From Phoronis australis (lineage: Eukaryota > Animalia > Phoronida), in NCBI GenBank assembly GCA_002633005.1, contig NMRA01000094.1:182006-246005 (forward strand): 64,000 nucleotides of DNA, written 5' to 3'. This document shows, one piece after another, positions 13,513 to 24,600 of this stretch. A model generated the notes under the pieces. It did not search any database. It saw only the letters and a list, made by a program, of their open reading frames with translations, and was not told the origin of the DNA. The translations under genes and the position numbers were made by a program. Every line of letters begins with the position of its first letter. Positions within the stretch are counted from its first letter, which is position 1.

Positions 13513-15566
13513 AGAGACTATTGTGATTAACTTTGCTGCGGATCTATGTGTGCGAGGTGGACGATGAAGTGAGAAGATATCGGCGAGATGCCAAAAACTA
13601 AGCGTTAGTTTAAACTTGACGCGTTCATTCAAAATCTTTTCATAATGATGTTAATTGAAAAGGAGAGGAAAAAGTGCCATTAAAGTGGAGACTGTTATTC
13701 AAGGCGAGGGATGGGTACGGGTCGGATAACATAGAAACATTCCATCCACTTTCAAACACGCAAACCACGTTGCCAGAAGGTGAATACGTATATTGCAACA
13801 AAGCGCGGTAATTCATGAGGAACCGCTAAAGAATTATTACAACCCGACACAGAAATGATTATGTAAAGACTGCGTTTCACATGAGAACCCACAAAGAAAA
13901 TTTAAATAAAATAAAGAGAATGCAAATCGGTAAACGATATTTCGTTGCCGGGGTTTCTTTGCCGCGTATACATGTTTTTGTAGATTACACTAACCTCTAG
14001 AAAACTGGAAGACCCCCCTTTCTTTTATAACACCCCCCCTTTCTTTTTATAACAATGCTAATTTTGGTATGGCAAGATTTAATGAAAATTAGGTACTTTC
14101 AAACAAGTACGTTTAAGTTAAGAGAGTAAACAGACTCTCGTGCATCAGTAAGGTTTGGTGGAGCAGCTGCTTCGTAATATGCTTGTGTTTCCATCGCCAA
14201 GAACAAACTGACAATGACAGTACATGTATAGTTATGTGCGCTACCGACTTAAGACTGATTTCAAGCGTTTTCTGAACGTTGCGCATCAACTGGCTATGAG
14301 TAAATTTGACCTTTGGAAATGTCACTCGCTTTGTCATCTTGACACCGGAGTGGACCAAAGCCAAAATGTCACAGTTACGTTGCATGCGCATGCGTGTTAT
14401 CAGTTTTCGGTTTACCAGCTCAAATCTCAAGATTCGTTCAGGATTTTAGTAAGCAGTATAGTATGTATTTTAAACTTGAAGAAAATCCCAAAGTTCAGTC
14501 ATGACTGTAGTCCAGCAACGTAGAACCCACACAAGCCATGGTAATGCGTTTTAACAGTAAACATTGTGGACGCATAACGGTCAAAATGGCGAGACAAAAA
14601 TAGTCAAAGACTGTATATTTATTTCTGTCAAATAAATACTACAGCATATATCTAGATTCTGTTAACACTTAGATTATAAAGAAATGTGCGCAGTTTCAAT
14701 AAGTTTTGATAGCTTCAGTATCAAGATGACCCCTCGTGTCTCACCAACAGTCGGGTCATGGGAACTTCGCATTGTGACGACCTTCGTGACAGAAAAATTC
14801 TTGAGCAAGCCCAATCGACCGCAGTATAAATAGTTAAGATAATACGATGTCGTAAAGCATTCTGACAAATTACTATTCAGTCAGCTGGCGTGTAGTAAAT
14901 ACATGAAGACAAATATCAGGATTTTACATGAAAGCTATTCAAATGATTAACACTGTGTATAATTCTAAGTCACTGTACAATGACAAGACTCATGATTTTT
15001 TCAACTTCTCAGTAGACGTGGCTAACACAGGGATTGAAAAATTGGTGTAGTGTAAATTAACTTTTATCTATATGTTGACTATAACCAATGAAATATAAAG
15101 TGGTCCTTCTTAGCAAGCTTACTAAAATTACTTTTGCAATTGGAAATACAGCAATTGTATTCACTGAACTACTTCAATACATGTAGTTATCTAAACGTAT
15201 CTTAAGATTTGCTAACAAATGGATGCAAAATATACTATTTAATTTTTTACGTTTAACCTGACAATAAATACTTCAGTAATTCTTTTGACAACCCTGTTTT
15301 TCTATCGCTGCAGGGGATCGCCTGGCCGTGGGAGGTGTGAGTGAATATTCCATTCAGAATGAGTCCAAATATTTATGAATCGTGCACGCGACTTGTGCCG
15401 AATTGTTTAAATAATCAAACGATATAAATAAACAGGCGCGGGACTGATAAACAGGCGCATGTCTGTAATACGTCCATGTTCTCGGATATAAAATTCGACA
15501 ATGAGACAAGTTAAGATCAACATTAGAATGTTGAGAAATAACAGATCACTGGTTAAGTTTAGCTAA

Positions 15567-15568
<2 letters not shown>

Positions 15569-15620
<52 letters not shown>
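15569..15620. repeat. (GT)n microsatellite
   Basis: About 26 GT units. Confidence 0.95.
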
Positions 15621-15621
<1 letters not shown>

Positions 15622-15699
15622 GGTGCGCACAAACGCACAAACGGATGTACACAGCAATAGAAATGTTTACAAATGTTACTAGTTAGTTTTTCATAACAT

Positions 15700-16363
15700 T
15701 TAAAGGGACCCTCTCGGCCAGAAAAGTAATTTTACACAAATTAGCGGTAGCCTGGAATCGAATCCACTAATTTCACAGTGACAACCGAATGCTCTATTGC
15801 TGAGTCAAATCCCACGCGTTAAACAGAAGTAGCAATAGCATCTTAAGCGCATTTAAAGGGACAACACCGGTTTTACGGTCGCATTTTTAGGATTATTTTT
15901 GGAAGGAACTGACTTAAATTATTAGCTTTGACCAGAGTAATAAAACAAAATCCGATGTGTTTTTCGTGATTTTAGTATAAATTGCCAATGCTTGTTGCTG
16001 TATGTCAGACATTCCCTGAAATCAAGGTCGATGTCTTTACCCTGATTAAAATACGCTTAAAATATTTTGCGCGGGATTTGGCGCAGCAGCAGAGCTTTTG
16101 GCTGATATTGCAGAGTTAGTTGGTTCGATTCCGTGCCACTGTAAAGTTCTCGCCAAGAATGTTCCTTTAAACAGTAAAGACACCGAGTTTGATTTCAGCG
16201 CATGCGTGGCGGACAACAGCTAGAATTGGTCATTTGGGACAATAACACAAACGGATTTTGCTGTTTTACAGCTCTGGTCAAAGCTAATAGCGCCAAGTCT
16301 AACCTATCCAGCAACAATCCCAAAACACATGTTTCGATCGCAAAGCGGACAAGGTACCTCTAA
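15700..16363. mobile_element. TTAA-flanked MITE (15857-16166) nested in an inverted copy of the same family
   Basis: ttaa|agggac...gttcct|ttaa inner element; outer flanks are reverse complements of its two halves. AGG termini with TTAA duplication suggest Kolobok-type (inference). Confidence 0.65.
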
Positions 16364-18624
16364 CTAACCTAAACATTAAAAAATAGCGATCGGTTTACTT
16401 TTATTTGGCTAAATCGAAACTGTATTGTGCTTTACGTGGAAAGTAAATGGATTGGAACTGTAAAGTTTGTAGAACTAATCGAACTAGGTCTGTCCAATTG
16501 ACTTAACGAATGTTTTGTAATAAATGAAAAAATCACATCGATAAACAAAATTATCTTATGTTAGGTAAACTGTCGTTAATTTCTTTTGGCTCAATAACTT
16601 TCCACCTGGAAAACATGGCGCATGTGTAAGGGTCGAGTTAGAAACAGGAACATGGCAGTTCCCCGGGTACAATAACACACGTAAAATAGATTTCATTATT
16701 CCCACTACTTCTGAAACTAAAACTGTTTGCAACAACTAAAAAAGAGAAACATGTACAGATGGGAGGTAATAAACAGTGGGCCCATCTATCTATCTATCAA
16801 CTACGTTTGTATGCAACGACATTCATCTTTCTGGCAGCTACACGTGCCAAAACTGTTGCTCTGTAAACCTTTCCCCGTGACATTCAGGCATTTCCTTACT
16901 CGCGTGGTGTAAGAAGTATCTTGGTCACATCGACATTTAGCATTATCTAAACAGATAGCAGCAAAGAAACATTCCACAGGGTTCTCGCTAAAAGGATGGA
17001 ATTTATTTGCAATTATCTACAAGGGGTAGTCTCCGTAGGATAAACAAATTACTTATTCCTGTATATATCAAATGGGTCGATGTTGCTAGAAACGTGATTT
17101 TTTTCTCTAAAGTTATTCACGCAAAATGAGTCATCAAAATCTAATTATTACCTTAAAGTCACGTGTCGACGTTCAATGGCCCGGTGACTACACCACTTGC
17201 TGAAACACACAAAAAAATCAACAAGCGGTTGACCAGGTCAAAACTCACTTAAAGTGTTTTAAATCATTCATCAGTAACTTCCTAAAAGCATTCGCGGGAA
17301 TTCACGAGAGTAAAAATATTTCGGAAATTTGACAAAATGTTGATTAAATCTAACAAAAACAATTAGCGTGAAAAACATCGAAGCTTGGTCATTGTTCGTG
17401 AAAAAAATGGTCAGTGATAGCAGAAGAAATCTCATATCAAAACAATCGACTATCTCTTATCTGACGGGTAGTTTTCATCAACTTGACTGAATACTGGAGT
17501 TGAAGAAACGTGAGACGCCATACGGTTGCCGTCATTTTCAGAGATCATTTTTAACATGTTTATCTGAAGCTCGTCCATTCAACGACACTGATGTATCTAA
17601 ACACACCAAAAGATTTATCGATTTCTTTACGGTGGGAAAGTTGTTTCAGGCAGACCCGGCAAGCACGCGTGACATTCCGACTAAACCATTGAATTAACCA
17701 GGCATATTAATTTCAATAATCCATTCTAATACGCTGAGGTGACTCGTGACCTATGACCTCACCATTTGAGCCTTGTCAAAACTTCAAAGTTGATTACCAG
17801 GAAGAAAACGCAAAGTACAAATCGCTTTCCCCGAGAACACACACTTTTCTTCCTCCAGAAATTGAGCGACGTAAATTGAGAATGTGACGTAAACTAACAC
17901 GTAGCGTACATGTACACGCATAGTATTCTTTAAGAGAAATTCTGCGCTGTAGTTTGGCACACTTTAGGACTTAAATGACTTATCAGATATCTGATTATTA
18001 TTTTGTGGAAAAATTAAATAGTCGAAATTCGCCGCAGTTCGATACCAAAAGTTGACGTCACAACAATCAATTGATGCGCTCGTCCTTACTATGACTGACC
18101 ACTGTGAAATTTTCGTTTTTTGTCGCTTATTTCCGCGGAAACGCGGGTGTTGATCGCTAACACTACTTTGAGACACTGGCTTTTCATATTGTGACTTTTT
18201 ATCCCATTTTGCCTGATTGGTTGTTTGATAATACAGGCTTGTGATCATCGTTAAGCTGCCAGTCATTCTGTTGTTTGTTCGTTCTCCCGATAGGGAAACC
18301 AGTGCCACCATTTTCCAAGATGCAGGTAGCTAGTGCACTACACAGAACGCACGGCTGGTGATCTGTTCAAAGTGTGATGTAAAGAAGGAGTGCGAAGAGC
18401 AGTTCCAGCCCTCGGACTTCGAGCGGCGACCCGTTCGCCTGCACTTCGATCTTTGGGTTTGTTACTAATCGCGAGCCTCTGAAGTCATTAACCGTAAGTT
18501 GATTCCATCAACGGCAAAAGTGACCAAGCACTTCCTAAAACCTATGCACATTTTAAAAGGCAAGAATAGACACACAATATGTGTACCAGGCGATACAATC
18601 GAAGTGTTTACCATAGGCAGATAT

Positions 18625-18766
18625 CATGGGCGGCGCACCATAGGGGGCAGTGGGGCTACGCCCCCCACTTCAGTGCTACGCCGCAAATGGTCTATAGGCG
18701 GTGCACCACAGGGGGGGAGGGCGAAGGGGCTTTAGCTCCCCACTTTTTCAGTGCTGCGCCACCCAT
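18625..18766. mobile_element. Short MITE-like element, internally duplicated
   Basis: catgggcggcgca...tgcgccacccatg; two about 70-bp halves. Confidence 0.5.
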
Positions 18767-19522
18767 GGATATTGTAATGATTAAAGAATAGCGCTTTATT
18801 GTATCAACTCTCGCCGGTTTCGGGAAAGATCGATATTTGTTTTTCACTGCCTAGACAGTGTTTTTTTTTCTGGACCAAAATAAAAGTCCCTGCGAATGGA
18901 TCGGTTTTCGAATATTCCATCTACACGCTTCCGTCATATATAGTTTAGTGGCCCGGATACTGAACAAGCAAAACAAGCCGTACCGCACGCAAGAGTTGAA
19001 CTTCGATGCTTAACAAAATTATCGCACGGTATCAACCATACGGCAAACCTAGAACCCAGAACTACACGCTTTACATGAACACAAACAACTGTTTAAATGA
19101 AAAGCCAAAACAATCCCGTCGGTCTAAGATGCACAACATCGCATGGTGTTTGTTATTTTACACAAATCGTGTAGTAAACAAAAGGTTTGCTTAACCAAAG
19201 GTTTTCAAAACATCTGGAAAATAGTAAATAATGCTAAGTGCACGCTAGTTTTGAAATGTGAGTCTATGACAGTCTATGACTAGCTATTGGTAGATATAAA
19301 CGAAACCTAGATAAACACAATACAAAAACTCCCACGATGTCATTTAAATAAAGTGCACCCAATGAAGTCCGTATTCAGCGAGTAGTCCAGTTTTCCGACG
19401 AGTGCTCAATCGAGGATGGTGTGCCGCTTGAAGTTGGAATCATTTACGTTATGGTGAAAAGTTTTGTGTAAACAGCCACGCCAATAAGTGTATGCGCAAG
19501 AAACGTGAGCTCACGCTTGCAG

Positions 19523-19772
19523 ACATGCGCGTGCACCCAGCTTAAAATATAGGGGGGGGGCTCGAACTCTTCCATATGCGCGGACCTTTTACTGAAAAAA
19601 AAATCAACGAGGACTAAAAAAAACGTGGCCACTAGGTTCAGGCCTGCCAATCGTGCATCCTCGCCGAATTCCTGTGAACTTTTGTCCCGTTTACCAGAAG
19701 TTTTTGTTTCACCGAGACGGATCTTTTTGACCAATTCGCCAAATTGGCCCCCCCCCCCCGGGTGCGCCCATG
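19523..19772. mobile_element. MITE-like element, same family as 3069-3310, opposite orientation
   Basis: catgcgcgtgcaccc...gggtgcgcccatg terminal inverted repeats. Confidence 0.55.
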
Positions 19773-20954
19773 GAATGGTTCCGGTCTGCGCCCGAAATCT
19801 TAAACTTTTGCCTCAGTTCAAATAAAAAGGACCCCCCCCCCGACTATTTCAGTTGGCATCAGACGACACTGGGTAAAACAAGGATCAAGAGTCATTTTAG
19901 TTGACATCAGGTGCAGACTTTTTTATTTAAAATGATTGCCAACTAAAACACACATCAGACCAGAACCAATTACGCTATTGTCTTTGGTCTAATAACCTAT
20001 TTTTGAACTTTGAAATTTCATTATCAAATGAAAGTGACTTTTTCTTTACTGTTTATTCACAACACGTCTATGAACAATATTTAACAGAATATGTTTTTAG
20101 TAACGAAACCAAGTGCGCTGGACCTACTACGCAGCTTCGTTTAGACCTCGCATAATTACATTTTTTACATGTTTTGGCAAATTTGATGCTTCATATGGCA
20201 ATGTCTTCCCGGTCATGTGCATTTGTTTTCCACAGACAACCTGCACGAATATTTTGGAAATGACATTTCGGGGACTAAAAATAAAACTAAAAAAAAAAAA
20301 TATATATATATAGCTGAGCATCACTACAAGGTGTGTGTAGGAGCCTATAAAATGTGCAAATTTGGCACACTTTGGAACATCATGTCTCAGACATTGGATT
20401 CATATAAAACTTCCAGATACAAAACAATACTTTATACACAGATCTCTAAGACTGTTAGAATTGTTTTAAAATGTTTCACTTTTGCATAAAGGAGTTATCA
20501 AAATAAGACTTTAATTTTTCTGAACGAACTCAAAACTTGCTTTTGTGCAATTCCATCTTGCATATTTACATCATGCTGTTTTCCTATGAATGACAGTTTC
20601 TTTTTACCAAATGTTTGCAAAAACAAATGGTCACATGAGTAATTTTAATTACTCATGTGACCAATTTACTTTATGTTCCAATTTGGTATTTTAATACCAA
20701 ATTGGAACATAAAGTTAAAAATCAAATTATGCAGGTTTTCTGCTTTCATGAAATATATACTTTTACTGAAATAAAATCTATAGTTGGACAGATATTTTGC
20801 TTAATGCAGACATTTGTTGATAAGACTTTACATAACCTTAAACAGACAATTGTGCTCAATAATTTGCAAAGACAGAAACGGTTTGAGGTCTAAGCCACTA
20901 TGAACTGCATTCTGGTGTTTAAAACGTCAAGTTTCTTCTCAGGAGTACAGACTT

Positions 20955-20960
20955 TTTATT
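20955..20960 (-). terminator. Candidate polyadenylation signal of TMEM107
   Basis: AATAAA on the minus strand about 545 nt after the stop. Confidence 0.4.
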
Positions 20961-21502
20961 CCAAAGTAATCACCACCTTCCTGTGTTTGAATTGAAATTG
21001 TTTCAATCCATTGCTACCAACTTCTGGCAGTCAGACTGGTTTGAGGTCAGACTGGTTTGACCACTGAAACTAACCCACCACCTCTCATATATATATATAC
21101 CGGTATTCAGATCAGTTAGGGTGTTGAATTAACGATAACTTAAGAATGGAAACTGTTTGGCATCAGTACCTGTGGAGAACAGCTCAAGATTGTTGCTCAA
21201 AAACATCTGAGCGATCCAGAGATTTAGGCTAAGATGTCTATGCATAGTCATAATGGAGAGGTGGCAGGGCACAATGGGTCATGGCATCCCTGTTCAATGC
21301 AAAGTGCTCCAGATAGGTTGTCACTCATTTCACCCTCCCACCGCTCCACAGCAATTTTGAGTGAGACACCACTGTTGAATATGTCTAGCTACATCAGTGC
21401 TCAGATGGAAATATAAACTTTGGGCGTCAATAGAAGTCTTGTACACGTCATCCAAAACTTGACGTCTGAGGATACCAATGGTACCGGGGTGACCAACCAA
21501 GG

Positions 21503-21663
21503 TCATGTTTTTTGGAATTTGAGAACAGCAATCATGACGAAGATTTCTGATACAGCAGGCAGCGCACTACAGCATCCAAATATTGTCCAGTAAGTTGTGC
21601 AGGGCCAAGTGTCAAACAGGAAGAAGGAGCAGACAACTGATCCAGCAGCATGAACTACTATAG
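21503..21663 (-). CDS. TMEM107: TMEM107 exon 4 (last coding)
   Basis: Branch point CCCTTAAC then cattctcacag|CT; IVVHAAGSVVCSFFLFDTWPCTTYWTIFGCCSALPAVSE...KT*. Confidence 0.9.
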
Positions 21664-24600
21664 CTGTGAGAATGGTTAAGGGTGTAACACCTCTGGAGAT
21701 GCACTGAACCTGCAATCAGGATTAGTAGTTACACCTCTAGAGATGCACTGAACCTGCAGTCAGGATTAAAGATACTGTTGCCACTTTTGTACATTTAAAT
21801 CTTCATTTGGATACTTTCATACAATAGTCCAGCAATTCTAGACAATCAAGCCAAAGCTTCAGTTAAAAAATGCGACAAAACCAAATTCCAACATCAAAAA
21901 ACTAACATGATTAGGGGTCCATTGTATTTCTAATGTGTAAATGAATGGAAAAAGTTATTTCACTGGCAACCAGTTACTCAACGTCAACCAGTTACTCAAC
22001 GTCAACCAGTTACTCAACGTCAACCAGTTACTCAACGTCAACCAGTTACTCAACGTCAACCAGTTACTCAACGACAACCAGTTACTCAACGTCAACCAGT
22101 TACTCAACGTCAACCAGTTACTCAACGTCAACCAGTTACTCAACGTCAACTGACAGTCAGCTAATGATCTAATATACTTGTGTCACAAGGAATGACTCTA
22201 AACTTGTGGTGGCTGAAGAAGACAATCACAAATAAAACAAGTCATTACCAGTAAGTATGTCTGTTGCCTAGTAACTAAAACGAAATAAAATGTTCAAAGG
22301 TTATGACTGATAGGAGGAAGAATCACAATAAACAAGATAAGAAAGATTGCCACAAGTTGTCTTAACCTTGACAAGGAGAACAGCAACAACAAACAGGAAA
22401 TACACAAGTGGATATACCGTATTCGCCGTAATAACCGCCCATGCCCCTATAAGCGCCCCCCACGCTTTTTCAGACTTTGCTAAAATAACCGCCCAGTCCA
22501 TGAACGTGTACGTGCGAAAAATGCCTTACCTACAGTCCTAAAATTCTATTGTAACATCTTCAATTTATCAATAATATCCGACAGTCCTGAAAAAAATCAT
22601 TGTGCGCAGAATGTGTAGACCCCGAGCCTCGCCGCTATGTCGGTATTTAGCCATGACTATACACTTCAAACTTCTGCCATGCCTCAAAAACGAACACAAA
22701 AGTTCTGCTGATATTGCGAGGACCAATGGTCTGGCCTTTCAGAACAGTAGTGTACTTGTCTACGGGATTGCTTTGTAGATATTTCCGGCTTTCAACAGGA
22801 ATCCAAATTTCTTTGTAGGCCTACATGTGAAAACCGTGAATCGAAGACTAATAAAAAGCTTGGCCAGTGTTAAAAGCACGTGGCTAGGAAGCGCGCAATA
22901 CATCCATGAACCTGTCATCAAAGACATTAGTCGGGAACTATCCATTCATGAAACGGGTAGCATAGCATCCGCAAGAAATGAATATTGGCATTGGCACTAA
23001 TATCCGACAGTTTCTAATACTATAAAACATGTTTGCATTATTTTTAAGATGAATTGTTTGATTAACCATAATTGGTGTTTTTAAGCCAAATATCTGAAAA
23101 AATGACCACTGACCGTGAATACACATACCCTTACACCAAAAAATAACTGTCAGATAGTCACGTACGCCGCATCCAGCCACACGGCGACTAATATGGTCTT
23201 ACCGAGACAAATGTCGATGTTTTTAGCACACCGGCAAGTGCTGAATGAAACACGCTCTGGTTTAGGCCTACTGCTTGTGCAAATTTCTTTAGATACAATG
23301 CACATCTAGCTCGTTAGATTGCGTGGCTCTGGCCAAAAAACGGCACTTACTCTGGCAAATGAACTCTGGTGACACGCATGCGCTTGCTTACTCAGAAACG
23401 CAGAGAACTTCAAAACAAACGTCACGTGACAACAACATGTCTGTTTGTCCAGACATTTTTCTCATGTTGCCGATCATACTTGTAGATGGCACGATGTACT
23501 TGCACAGATTTGTACTTAAACCTGCCGTGATCCCGACTCCACGGGAACTTAAAAATCTTAGGGACGCAACTTGGAAAACTTAAGGAGGATTTCAGGTAAT
23601 TTGATCGAGTCGAAACTATATTTTTTATTCAAGCATCCAAGTCACCATATCGACAATTGCGAGGCAGGCAGTCAGTGAGTTTTCGCCCTGGGATTTCAGC
23701 ACAATTTTCTGTAAAATGATCGTAATTTAGCAGCAGAGTTTGATAGCAATGCACCACTGTTTTATACAAAGTCTTTCATAGATTACAGATTCGTCACAGA
23801 GCGTAAATGTAATGAATCTTAGCTTCCGATTTCACCCGTTTCGGAGACCGGGTTTCAACAGCCTTGGGTTATAATAAGCGCCCCCCTTGAAACGAACTTT
23901 TCTACGCGCCCTGGGCGGTTATTACTGCGAATACGGTAAGCACTAACAGAGCAAAATTGTAGTCAATGATTTACACAGTACCTAATCCATGTTTTCAGCC
24001 TTCACTCGGAGGCCTTTCTCAAACTAATGATGATGTGACAGGCTGGCATGTGTGACGTCACGGCTCCTCCATGGACAGAGACATTGGACAATATATTCTA
24101 TCTAACATCTACAAGCCAGTGGTACACTTTAAGTAGACAATGTTCCAAGACGGCCATCAGATGTCCCCACACAGTATGACATAACACATACCAGCCTGTC
24201 ACATCATCATTAGTTTGAGAAAGGCCTCCGAGTGAAGGCCACAACAGTGAACTAGGTACTTCGTAAGTTGTTGACTGTGTACTAAGAACTTTATTCCAAT
24301 TATGATATAGCCAGAAAAATGAACCAGTTTCATCAATTACCAACAGAGCAGACTGACATCTATTGGCAAAGCATAACATTGTGAAAGGATACATAACATG
24401 GAGTGTGTATAGGCGAACATGGTGATGCCAGCAAAGAAACCTATGTACTCCAGTACAAAGAAGATCAAAGTCAGAGAGAGTGCAGCTATAAACCTGCAAA
24501 AGATAGCAAAATACACACGCATGTAAGAAAAGCAAACGTGTTTATTTCTAAGGCTGTTCATGATCATCAGAATTTGTTCATTTTCATGAACTGGTAAAGA

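Larger units (their letters stand above)
21664..24392 (-). other. U12-type (minor spliceosome) GT-AG intron, TMEM107 intron 3
   Basis: 5' site GTATCCTTT and branch sequence CCCTTAAC (21682-21675) 11 nt before the end of the intron, with no long polypyrimidine tract; both match the U12 consensus. Confidence 0.88.

Noticed and set aside
16110-16135. ggttcgattcc as the B box of a tRNA gene
   Set aside because: Lies within a MITE; no cloverleaf or A box seen.
6300-21000. MRPS22 or other coding exons between FoxL2 and TMEM107
   Set aside because: No ORF with recognisable protein similarity; the short ORFs look random. Small exons or lncRNAs cannot be excluded.
20950-21502. U8 snoRNA (SNORD118), which lies in the human TMEM107 3' region
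   Set aside because: No U8-like 5' sequence or box C/D arrangement recognised by eye; an Infernal scan would be needed to exclude a divergent copy.
21664-21715. TMEM107 last exon starting at the upstream gcag|GTT acceptor as the ORF track suggests
   Set aside because: Wrong phase for the exon 3 donor and adds residues with no homology; the U12 branch point indicates 21663.
24150-24215. Box C (ATGATGA) ... box D (CTGA) pair on the minus strand as a snoRNA
   Set aside because: Only about 54 nt, no terminal stem and no recognisable guide; explained by the inverted repeat.
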